A DNA stretch of 64,000 bases from Lachnospiraceae bacterium (GTDB lineage Bacteria > Bacillota > Clostridia > Lachnospirales > Lachnospiraceae): NCBI GenBank assembly GCA_014804605.1, contig JAAUZM010000027.1:45220-109219 (forward strand), written 5' to 3'. This document shows, piece after piece, positions 45,441 through 53,059 of this stretch. The position numbers and the translations under genes are program-made. The notes beneath the pieces are model-generated. The model did no database searches and had not been told where the DNA came from. It was given only the letters and a program-made list of their open reading frames with translations. Position 1 is the first letter of the stretch; every line of letters begins with the position of its first letter.

Positions 45441-45602
45441 CTAGATCCCGACCACGACGTCAGCTGTGGGTTCTTTATGCTCCATCTGATCTCGCGCCAA
45501 CAGAACATCTGCCGCAAATATCAAAGTACGGATGCTCTGTGGCTCCATCTTTACCACTTTCTCTGCAAGGCTCTTTACTTCTTTCTCTTTGCTTGCTAAC
45601 AT
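45441..45602 (-). CDS. small switch-region protein (53 aa)
   Basis: Start trimmed to MLASKEKEVK (ATG 45602, AGAGGTG upstream). Confidence 0.4.
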   Translation of the reverse strand: MLASKEKEVKSLAEKVVKMEPQSIRTLIFAADVLLARDQMEHKEPTADVVVGI

Positions 45603-45629
45603 TTTGTTCACCTCTTTTCTTTCCCTATA

Positions 45630-45649
45630 TCCTATCCATGTGGTACAAT
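45630..45649 (+). promoter_or_regulatory. promoter/operator box TCCTATCCATGTGGTACAAT (second copy)
   Basis: Near-identical to 45029-45048; 28 nt upstream of the 45678 start. Confidence 0.5.
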
Positions 45650-45677
45650 TCACTTATCAAATACAAAGGAGAAAATT

Positions 45678-45986
45678 ATGCTTCATAAAATTGAAAGAAA
45701 AATCTTGAAAATTATTTCAAAGCAACCCTCTGAGTTTATATTGGAAATCGAACAATTAACTCCATATTCTGGAAATGATATTCAGTTAGCAATGAACTCA
45801 CTAAAAGAAAAAGGTTATTTCATAGAAACAAGTGCAAGTATTGATTGCTCGCATTTTACCTATGAATTGTCCACACAAGGACGATTTTACAGAGAATACT
45901 GTTTACAATGTTTCATGAGCGATATCTTTATACCGTCTGTCGTTTCAATGGTTACATCATTGATTACATACTTTTTGTGTGGCTAA
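45678..45986 (+). CDS. winged-helix-like protein with C-terminal TM anchor
   Basis: 102 aa; AAGGAG SD; KILKIISKQPSEFILEIEQLTPYSGNDIQLAMNSLKEKGYF plus hydrophobic tail IPSVVSMVTSLITYFL. Confidence 0.5.
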   Translation: MLHKIERKILKIISKQPSEFILEIEQLTPYSGNDIQLAMNSLKEKGYFIETSASIDCSHFTYELSTQGRFYREYCLQCFMSDIFIPSVVSMVTSLITYFLCG

Positions 45987-46174
45987 CCGAAAAAGTATTT
46001 ACATAACAGTGTGGTAATCACAGCTACCACGATACTGGCAAGTATTGATGCCGGTTTTGCATTCTTTATTTTCCTCACCTCCTTGTCGCTTTCTTGATCT
46101 ACAAAACAAATTAATGTATAACTCAAATATTGCTTTTGTGATACTATAATACTTCCATAGAAATTTTTTGTCAA
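45983..46174 (-). CDS. possible small membrane protein (TTG start)
   Basis: 63 aa ORF, no ATG start and no clear SD; C-terminal TM ILASIVVAVITTLL. Confidence 0.25.
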   Translation of the reverse strand: MTKNFYGSIIVSQKQYLSYTLICFVDQESDKEVRKIKNAKPASILASIVVAVITTLLCKYFFG

Positions 46175-46183
46175 TATTTTTTA

Positions 46184-46212
46184 TTGCAAGAGTAATATTT
46201 TTGTGTTAATTT
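46184..46212 (+). promoter_or_regulatory. candidate promoter of the repressor-like gene
   Basis: TTGCAA, 17-nt spacer, TGtTAATTT. Confidence 0.4.
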
Positions 46213-46233
46213 AATGATGGAGGTGAATCTAAG

Positions 46234-46668
46234 ATGGATAAATACGATATTGATTTATGCTACAGAATTCGTGAATTGCGAAAGGCTGTCCAGATGAATC
46301 AAACAGATTTTGGTACTAAAATCGATGTTGCACAAAGCTATTTAACAAATATTGAGACCGCTAAAAGACCCGTTACTGATAAGATTTTTAAACTAGTTTG
46401 TTTACAGCCATGGAATGGTAAATTTGTCAACGAGACGTGGCTCCGTACTGGTAAAGGAGACATGTTTCAAGAGCTTCCTCCTGAAGATGAGACGGCTGCT
46501 GCCATTTCCAACGTATTGGAGGATATCAACTGCAAAAATTCTATTTATACGCTGGTAAAAGAATTGCTTTTGAAATATGACCGTCTGGATCCCAGATCTA
46601 AGAAAGTCATCGACGAATATGCTGATGACGTAATCAAAGGCTATATAGAAAAGAGAGAAGAAACTTAA
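46234..46668 (+). CDS. XRE-family repressor-like protein (candidate CI analogue)
   Basis: 144 aa; IRELRKAVQMNQTDFGTKIDVAQSYLTNIETAKR HTH; GGAGGTG SD; located in the switch region near the integrase. Confidence 0.75.
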   Translation: MDKYDIDLCYRIRELRKAVQMNQTDFGTKIDVAQSYLTNIETAKRPVTDKIFKLVCLQPWNGKFVNETWLRTGKGDMFQELPPEDETAAAISNVLEDINCKNSIYTLVKELLLKYDRLDPRSKKVIDEYADDVIKGYIEKREET

Positions 46669-46682
46669 TTCTTCTCTTTTTT
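46654..46682 (+). terminator. intrinsic terminator of the repressor-like gene
   Basis: AGAGAAGAA-ACTTAA-TTCTTCTCT followed by TTTTT. Confidence 0.6.
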
Positions 46683-47124
46683 AATACTGTAGTTTCAATA
46701 AATATTATTCTACATTCTTCTGGCTATCACCATCGCCACCTACTTTCTCCTTATGCCTCTTCACTAATGTATATATATGCTGGAGGAATATAACATCATC
46801 TTCCCTGATTTCTGTGAGCATTGCTATTATCAATCTTTTGTATTCCATATGTATAACCCACCTTTCTTTTGTGATTTGAACAACCCTTATGCCGCACGCC
46901 CTCTGGAATTGTTATTCTACCACATTTATAATTCTTATTTATAACCCTTTGTCAATCAACTTCTTATAATGATTTTAAACTACAAACATGCATTTCTAAT
47001 CGGTAATTTTTGGAAATTATTTCTTTTATTGTTATTTTTAGGTAAATATAGTTGAATTATGTTGTAGTTTAACTACTTTTATACTATATTATTTTTATGG
47101 TTGTATTCCAAATTTTATTAAAGG

Positions 47125-48078
47125 ATGGGAAAATCCATGGATTGTGTAAATAACAATAGGGCTAATTATGATGACAGCTTAACAGATGAAAATGTTCCTT
47201 ATAGATCACAAAGATTAATTATCAAAGGTCTACACATATACTTCATTGATGTAGCTAGGGAAATTGTAGAGCACAACTCTCTTGATATCATACCTCTCAT
47301 GCGCGAGTATCATCTTACAGAATCCGAAGTAAATCAAATTATTGCAGACATTAGAGAGGCTAAGATCTTAGATTCAAGCCAAAACGTAACTATGACTGTT
47401 GATGAATTTGAAAAGTTTATTGATATTTACGAACCAAGCATATTTGAATGTACCAATTCTGTTTTTGATAAAGAAATATTTATGTGCCTTGGCGAAATCA
47501 TTTTTGATAAGGGTGTAAAAGACACCTATAATAGTCTTCCTGCTGATGAAGTCATTGATTACTTAAATATTATGGAACGGCTAAAAATCATAGCATATGA
47601 TGACTATAGAAACGAGTATGATATTTTAACCGAAAAAACGGATTATGAACGAATATGCAAATGTATTCCCAACTTTTTTAGAAGCAAAAAATATGATGAT
47701 TCTGAATCAAACTATGACAATGCTGATTTTGACAATATGAGCGGGCTTGAGTTCGAAAAGTATTGTGCACATATTCTTCTACAAAATGGCTTTTGTGAAA
47801 TAAAACTCACTCCTCCAAGTGGCGACCATGGAATAGACATTTTAGCTTCAAAAAATGATGTATCTTATGCTATCCAATGCAAATGCTATTCATCCAACGT
47901 TGGTAATGATGCAATACAGCAAGCCCATACTGGAAAGAGCCTATACCATAGAGATATAGCTGTAGTGATAACTAATCGATATTTCACTCCACAGGCTGCT
48001 GAGGAAGCTGATGCATTGGGCGTGAAATTATGGGACAGGGATAAACTCAATGAAATGATAAACGGTGGTTTTCAATAA
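47125..48078 (+). CDS. Mrr-type (Mrr_cat) restriction endonuclease-domain protein with novel N-terminal region
   Basis: C-terminal GLEFEKYCAHILLQNGF...GDHGIDILA...AIQCKCY...VVITNRYFTPQAAEEA...KLWDRDKL. The N-terminal 200 aa include a winged-helix-like stretch. Start may be ATG 47137. Confidence 0.7.
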   Translation: MGKSMDCVNNNRANYDDSLTDENVPYRSQRLIIKGLHIYFIDVAREIVEHNSLDIIPLMREYHLTESEVNQIIADIREAKILDSSQNVTMTVDEFEKFIDIYEPSIFECTNSVFDKEIFMCLGEIIFDKGVKDTYNSLPADEVIDYLNIMERLKIIAYDDYRNEYDILTEKTDYERICKCIPNFFRSKKYDDSESNYDNADFDNMSGLEFEKYCAHILLQNGFCEIKLTPPSGDHGIDILASKNDVSYAIQCKCYSSNVGNDAIQQAHTGKSLYHRDIAVVITNRYFTPQAAEEADALGVKLWDRDKLNEMINGGFQ

Positions 48079-48158
48079 AACCTTGGAAAGATTCTATGAA
48101 AGCTATTTTTGGCATCGATAACTGACACCTATAAGCAAACTTGTTAGGAGGATTTACT

Positions 48159-48824
48159 ATGGCACTGATCAACTGTCCTGAATGTGGAAAAGAAATCTCA
48201 GACAAGGCTTCTGCATGTCCTAAATGCGGTTGTCCTATTGACAACATTGCTCTTTCAACCCATATTGAGCCAAAACAGGCTTATCCCATTAGTTGTACCA
48301 GAAAAATCGGGCCTGTACAAATTGATGAGCGCAATAAAATGTTTAGAATAAACGGCTCCATTCCAGTCAATGGTAAAAAAGATGGCGTTGGAAAAACAGT
48401 CTTTAAAGGAATGATGGCTCTCAGCACGATGGGAATGTCCGTTGCTGCAGAAAAAATGGTCGGTGGCGGAAATAAGCAAAAGGTTGGCAATAAAATGTGG
48501 TGCAACTTTAGCGATCTGATCAACTATGATCTGCTTGAAGATGATAGCGTTATAACTAGTGGCGGCGTTGGTCAAGCCCTAGTAGGTGGTGCGCTATTTG
48601 GTGCAGTCGGTGCTATTACTGGCGGCATAACTGCAACTCGCAAATCAAAAAAGAAAGTTGAATCACTTATCATTAAAGTAACCCTTAACAATTTTAACTG
48701 CCCCTGTTTAATGATTCCGCTGATAACGAAATCTACCAAAACAAACAGCAAAGAATATTCAAATGCCTTTAACCTTGCCCATCAGATTCTATCTGCACTT
48801 GATGTGATAACACACAATCAATAA
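48159..48824 (+). CDS. zinc-ribbon protein with glycine-zipper hydrophobic segment
   Basis: Start trimmed to MALINCPECGKEISDKASACPKCGCPI (AGGAGG upstream); GGVGQALVGGALFGAVGAITGGITA segment. Confidence 0.6.
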   Translation: MALINCPECGKEISDKASACPKCGCPIDNIALSTHIEPKQAYPISCTRKIGPVQIDERNKMFRINGSIPVNGKKDGVGKTVFKGMMALSTMGMSVAAEKMVGGGNKQKVGNKMWCNFSDLINYDLLEDDSVITSGGVGQALVGGALFGAVGAITGGITATRKSKKKVESLIIKVTLNNFNCPCLMIPLITKSTKTNSKEYSNAFNLAHQILSALDVITHNQ

Positions 48825-48875
48825 ATAACGATGAGTATTTCTATGTAAATGCAAAACCGATTGCTGACCAGTTCG

Positions 48876-48891
48876 GTTGTACCGGTGCAAC
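48876..48891. repeat. palindrome copy 7 of 7, one mismatch (GTTGTACCGGTGCAAC), intergenic
   Basis: 15 of 16 match; lies between the zinc-ribbon gene and the PanA-like gene. Confidence 0.85.
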
Positions 48892-49214
48892 TCGAATGAT
48901 TTTTGATACCGTCTTGCTCTTTCCGGACGTTCGGAAAAGCCTTACAATTTATTTTCAGGTTTTGGAATTGCAATTCACCTACTCTTGTATTATATTATTG
49001 GGTGAATGTAAACTTTATCCTAAAGCATAAAATATAACTGCTGTTATGCATCGAATACTATATCTAGTTTTTTTGTCGTTCTTTGTATACTATATATTGA
49101 TTTCTCTTTAGTATATGTTATAATTTAGATAGAAAAAGTAATTCTTTTAATAATTGAATCATATATCAAATTCTATTACATATACAGATATTACCTAAGA
49201 AAGGAGATCTGATT

Positions 49215-49652
49215 ATGCAAACCTACAGTGCTATGGAAATTGCTAACTTTATAATTGATACATGTACAAAAAATCATAATCCCGTAAGTAATTTAAGATT
49301 GCAAAAACTACTTTATTTTGTGTGGGTAGATTTTTATCGTGAAACCGGCAGATATATATTCCTAGATAATATGCAGGCTTGGCAGTTAGGTCCCGTTGTG
49401 CCGGACGTTTACTATGAATATTGTGCATATGGCGGTAAGCCCATAAATCTATGCTGCGAAACATTTATTTCCCCAGAAGATACGGCTATTTTGAAAGAGA
49501 TTATCGAAAAATATCTTCTAGTTCCGGTAAGTGTATTGGTGGAACGAACACACATGCCTGATACCGCATGGTACAAGGTATATAATAATGGTCAAGGAAA
49601 TCGAAATGTAATACCGTTCTGGTTAATCAGACAGACGGAGTTTGGAGAATAA
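49215..49652 (+). CDS. Panacea-domain (DUF4065, SocA/PanA-like) antitoxin
   Basis: LRLQKLLYFVWVDFYRETGRYIFLDNMQAWQLGPVVPDVYYEY is the hallmark core of DUF4065; AAGGAG SD. Confidence 0.75.
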   Translation: MQTYSAMEIANFIIDTCTKNHNPVSNLRLQKLLYFVWVDFYRETGRYIFLDNMQAWQLGPVVPDVYYEYCAYGGKPINLCCETFISPEDTAILKEIIEKYLLVPVSVLVERTHMPDTAWYKVYNNGQGNRNVIPFWLIRQTEFGE

Positions 49653-49653
49653 T

Positions 49654-50502
49654 ATGTTACCTGAAGAAAGCAGAGGCAGACAAGAACGTTTAAATCGAAT
49701 TGTACTAGAATTGTCAGAAACCATGTTGAGTGAAGATTCCTATGCGCAATATCTGAATCGCCTAAATGCACTATATCAAGACAATTTTAAACACCAGTAT
49801 TCCGATTTTTTTCCGATTATACTAAATATTCTTAAAGAAGATAACTCATATAATATTGACTATTTATCCAATAACCTCGATGCTTTGGGCACTTTTCTGG
49901 ATGCGCAGTCTGAACAAGGAATCACTACCTTTAATGACATGTATATTCCCTTTACAAAGCTGTGTGACCATTTGGATTTTCAAATTCGCCAAACAAATTA
50001 TTATCAGAGTATGCTTCAGAAAAGTAATGATTTGAGCCATGATTTACAAGATGCTCTTACCCAATTAAATGATGCTAATCAAAGAATCGAGGATGCAACT
50101 ACACGTGCAAATACAATGCAAACAGAACTGATATCTATTCTAAGTATTTTTGCTGCAATTGTCATAACCTTATCCGGAGGTTTTACATTTCTCGGTAATT
50201 CATTGACTGCTATAAGCAATGCAAAATATTATGAAAGTATTGTTCTGGTAGCTATCATTTGCGGGATTGCTCTATTTAACACAATCTTCCTTATGATGTA
50301 TTTTGTTGCCAAGCTCACTGGTCGAAACATTTATTCGCCATGTATTACAACTGATTGTTTCAGTTGTTCAAAAAAATGCAATTTTTTAAAAAGGATACGT
50401 CATAGATTACCTTATGTATTCTATTTTAACCTGATCGGAATCGTGGGCATCATACTCGATTTGATTGTTTGGCTCTTAGATATAGAAGGATTTATTCTAT
50501 AA
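49654..50502 (+). CDS. coiled-coil protein with three C-terminal TM helices; candidate PanA-partnered toxin/effector
   Basis: ATG 49654 is 1 nt after the PanA stop (GGAGA SD inside the PanA 3' end). TM segments LISILSIFAAIVITLSGGFTFL, IVLVAIICGIALFNTIFLMMYFV, VFYFNLIGIVGIILDLIVWLL. Confidence 0.6.
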   Translation: MLPEESRGRQERLNRIVLELSETMLSEDSYAQYLNRLNALYQDNFKHQYSDFFPIILNILKEDNSYNIDYLSNNLDALGTFLDAQSEQGITTFNDMYIPFTKLCDHLDFQIRQTNYYQSMLQKSNDLSHDLQDALTQLNDANQRIEDATTRANTMQTELISILSIFAAIVITLSGGFTFLGNSLTAISNAKYYESIVLVAIICGIALFNTIFLMMYFVAKLTGRNIYSPCITTDCFSCSKKCNFLKRIRHRLPYVFYFNLIGIVGIILDLIVWLLDIEGFIL

Positions 50503-50520
50503 TTATTATCTTATGATATT

Positions 50521-50555
50521 AGAGAGAATGCTGCAAAGGCTTTCTCTCTTTTTAT
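50521..50555 (+). terminator. intrinsic terminator
   Basis: AGAGAGAA ... TTCTCTCT followed by TTTTTATTT. Confidence 0.6.
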
Positions 50556-50704
50556 TTGTTGAATCCTATATATAAGTTTATAATGTACGTCCATTGACAC
50601 ACGCATTCTAAACATGTTACATTGATCCAAAAGGTTGGTGCAAGGCTCTAGTTGTCGGTACTTTTATGCCCTGCTTTCGATATGCTATAGAAGGAGGAAT
50701 TTAA

Positions 50705-52102
50705 ATGTCTAAAATATTACGATGTGCAATCTATATCCGTGTTTCTTCCGCCGAGCAGGTTATGCACGGCAAGAGCCTTGAAGCTCAGCTCAGCTTTTTG
50801 ACCGAATACGCGGAGCGCCAGGGCTGGAAAGTGGTCGGACACTTTGCCGATGAGGGAAAGACTGCCCGCAAAGAACTGAAGCGCAGGAAAGCTATCAAAG
50901 AGCTTCTGGAACATGTGAAAAATGATGAAATAGATGTGGTGCTCTTCTGGAAGATGGACCGCTGGTTTAGGAATGTCTCCGACTTCTACAAGGTGCAGGA
51001 TATCCTTGACGCTCATCACTGCAAATGGGTTGCTGCCGCCGAGCCCAGCATGAACCTTGAGACCCGTGAGGGCCGGCTAAATGTCAATATCATGCTGTCG
51101 ATCAACCAGAACGAAACAGATACGACCAGTGAACGTATCAAATTTGTGAATGAGTCTTCCATCCGTCAGGGAAAAGCTATTTTCGGGGACGCTGCACTGC
51201 CTTTCGGTTATACAGTCCAGACTGTTGACGGGGTGAAAAGACTCGTCAAGGATCCTGATAAAGAAGCTCTGGTCAATGAAATCTTTGAATACTACTTTGC
51301 GCATCAAAGCAAGCAGGGGACAGTAAAATATATCAACCGGAAATATGGCGATGTATTTACAATCAATTCCATGCTGACTATGTGCAGAAGCACCTTCTAT
51401 TACGGGGCATATCGTGATAATGAAAACTACTGTCCCGCATATATCACGAAGGAACAATATGACGCCATGCAGATCATCAATATGAAGAATATTAAAATAA
51501 AAGCAAACCAATCAAAACAGGATCCCTATTTATTCTCCGGACTCTTCGTATGCCCGCTATGCGGCCGTAGACTTGGATGTGCGCGCCGGATCAGAGGTAA
51601 GCAGCCTCGGTACTATAGATATTACAGATGTATTAATCATTATATGAATAGCCGGTGTGATTACTCAAAAGTATTGAATGAAGCCGTGTGTGAAGATTAT
51701 CTGCTGAACAACATAGAACGGCTTATCGCCGAGCAGGAAGTGGCGATCCGTAATGTGCATGAACCCAAACAGGCTGCCAAAACAGTGAATATCAATGAAT
51801 ACCGTAAAGAACTCGATCGATTAAATAATATGTATCAAAAAGGCCGCATCGCGGAAGATAAATATGATTCTGAATATGAGAGAATTACAAATATCATCAA
51901 GGATTATGAAAGTAGCATAGTATCTTTCCCGACTTCTCAGAAGTCATTTGATAAAATAAAAAGCACCCTGTCCGGAGACTGGATTGAAATCTACCAATCC
52001 CTTGACAGGGAAAACAAGCGCGCATTCTGGCGTGAAATCATAGAAAGCATTGAATGTAACATTGATACGGGGACGATAAAGAATGTTAATTTTTTGATTT
52101 GA
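50705..52102 (+). CDS. large serine recombinase (phage integrase)
   Basis: 465 aa; resolvase catalytic N-terminus CAIYIRVSSAEQ, recombinase domain, zinc ribbon CPLCGRRL...YYRC, C-terminal coiled coil. The stop is 3 nt from attR. Confidence 0.9.
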   Translation: MSKILRCAIYIRVSSAEQVMHGKSLEAQLSFLTEYAERQGWKVVGHFADEGKTARKELKRRKAIKELLEHVKNDEIDVVLFWKMDRWFRNVSDFYKVQDILDAHHCKWVAAAEPSMNLETREGRLNVNIMLSINQNETDTTSERIKFVNESSIRQGKAIFGDAALPFGYTVQTVDGVKRLVKDPDKEALVNEIFEYYFAHQSKQGTVKYINRKYGDVFTINSMLTMCRSTFYYGAYRDNENYCPAYITKEQYDAMQIINMKNIKIKANQSKQDPYLFSGLFVCPLCGRRLGCARRIRGKQPRYYRYYRCINHYMNSRCDYSKVLNEAVCEDYLLNNIERLIAEQEVAIRNVHEPKQAAKTVNINEYRKELDRLNNMYQKGRIAEDKYDSEYERITNIIKDYESSIVSFPTSQKSFDKIKSTLSGDWIEIYQSLDRENKRAFWREIIESIECNIDTGTIKNVNFLI

Positions 52103-52104
52103 AT

Positions 52105-52128
52105 GGTATACTAACTATGGTGCGCCGT
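52105..52128. other. attR (phage arm GGTATACTAACTAT, shared core GGTGC, host arm GCCGT)
   Basis: Core at 52119-52123. The phage arm is the reverse complement of the attL phage arm. Joining the two phage arms gives a palindromic attP, GGTATACTAACTA-TGGTGCTCCT-TAGTTAGTATACC. Confidence 0.75.
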
Positions 52129-53017
52129 TATGCATAAGGATAATCGATCCGTTATTCAGCTTATCGGACTCCACCACGCGCTTGACGATGTCGTCCACTC
52201 CATAGTCCTTCCAATCGAGAGAATCGATCGACCATTGAATCGGATAATAACCGCATTTATGCGCATTCGTTATGACATGATTGTCATAATCTCCATAAGG
52301 CGGTCTGAAAAGGCACATCTCATAGCCGGTAAGCTCCTGCACCTTAGTATGTACTTTCATCAGCTCTTCCTGACACTGCTCGTCGGAAAGCTGGGACATA
52401 TTTTTATGATTCTCGCTGTGGTTGCCCAGGTCGTGCCCGTCCGCCAGAATCGCCTTCACGTCATCGGGGTAGCTCTCCACCCATCCGCCGGTCATGAAGA
52501 ATGTCACTTTCACATTATGCTTCTTAAGAATCTCCAGAATCCGGCTTGTATCCTCATTGCCCCAAGCAGCATCGAAGCTGAGAGCCACCTGCTTTTTATC
52601 CGTCTCCACACAGTAGATCGGCAGTTCCCGACCGCCCACGGAGCTGCTGACCGTAATGGAATCCGGCAGTACCTTAACCACTCCCTGTATCAGCGCAACG
52701 GTTGCCAGCGCAAATGCCGCCGACTTCGCCACCTGCATTAATACATTCTGCACAAATCCCTTTCGTTTCTGCTCCTCCTTTGTCCGATATTCGGAGGGTA
52801 CACTGCTGCCACAGTGCTGACTGCCGCAATACCGGCCGCTGCTTCTCTCTCTCTGCCGCTGTGCTGTCCATGCTTCTACCTGATCCGGTGCCGGCCATAC
52901 CCGCTCATTCCCGCCTGTCGCGAAATCCTTCTGCATTTTTCCCTCTAATTCACACATCGCAAGTTTAATCTTATCGTTCCAATGTGTCTTCTTTTTACGC
53001 ATAATAATACCCTGCAT
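52115..53017 (-). CDS. PdaB-like polysaccharide deacetylase, truncated at the prophage junction (5' 299 codons)
   Basis: TM anchor then NodB motifs SFDAAWG, HSENH, RPPYG, DSLDW, IILMH. The TAG stop at 52115-52117 is supplied by phage DNA. Confidence 0.8.
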   Translation of the reverse strand: MQGIIMRKKKTHWNDKIKLAMCELEGKMQKDFATGGNERVWPAPDQVEAWTAQRQRERSSGRYCGSQHCGSSVPSEYRTKEEQKRKGFVQNVLMQVAKSAAFALATVALIQGVVKVLPDSITVSSSVGGRELPIYCVETDKKQVALSFDAAWGNEDTSRILEILKKHNVKVTFFMTGGWVESYPDDVKAILADGHDLGNHSENHKNMSQLSDEQCQEELMKVHTKVQELTGYEMCLFRPPYGDYDNHVITNAHKCGYYPIQWSIDSLDWKDYGVDDIVKRVVESDKLNNGSIILMHNGAP

Positions 53018-53059
53018 ACTATTGTTATTACAAGTATATGCAGGGTATCATATTTTATA

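Larger units (their letters stand above)
9780..52118. mobile_element. integrated siphovirus-like temperate prophage, about 42.3 kb, serine-integrase type
   Basis: Bounded by attL and attR inside a split host gene. Carries integrase, repressors, replication, packaging, head, tail and lysis modules. Confidence 0.9.

Noticed and set aside
46764-46847. Small minus-strand ORF after the repressor gene, which I first read as 47 aa.
   Set aside because: A codon-by-codon re-read showed a transcription error on my part. The real ORF is only 27 aa (MEYKRLIIAMLTEIREMMLYSSSIYIH*), too short to support.
13564-48891. Interpreting the 16-bp palindrome as a bona fide parS centromere.
   Set aside because: The half-site resembles GTTnCAC, but the centre has 2 extra bp compared with 16-bp Firmicute parS. 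I also found no ParB-like gene (no GERRxRA-type motif) in the prophage. The idea is retained only as one hypothesis among several.
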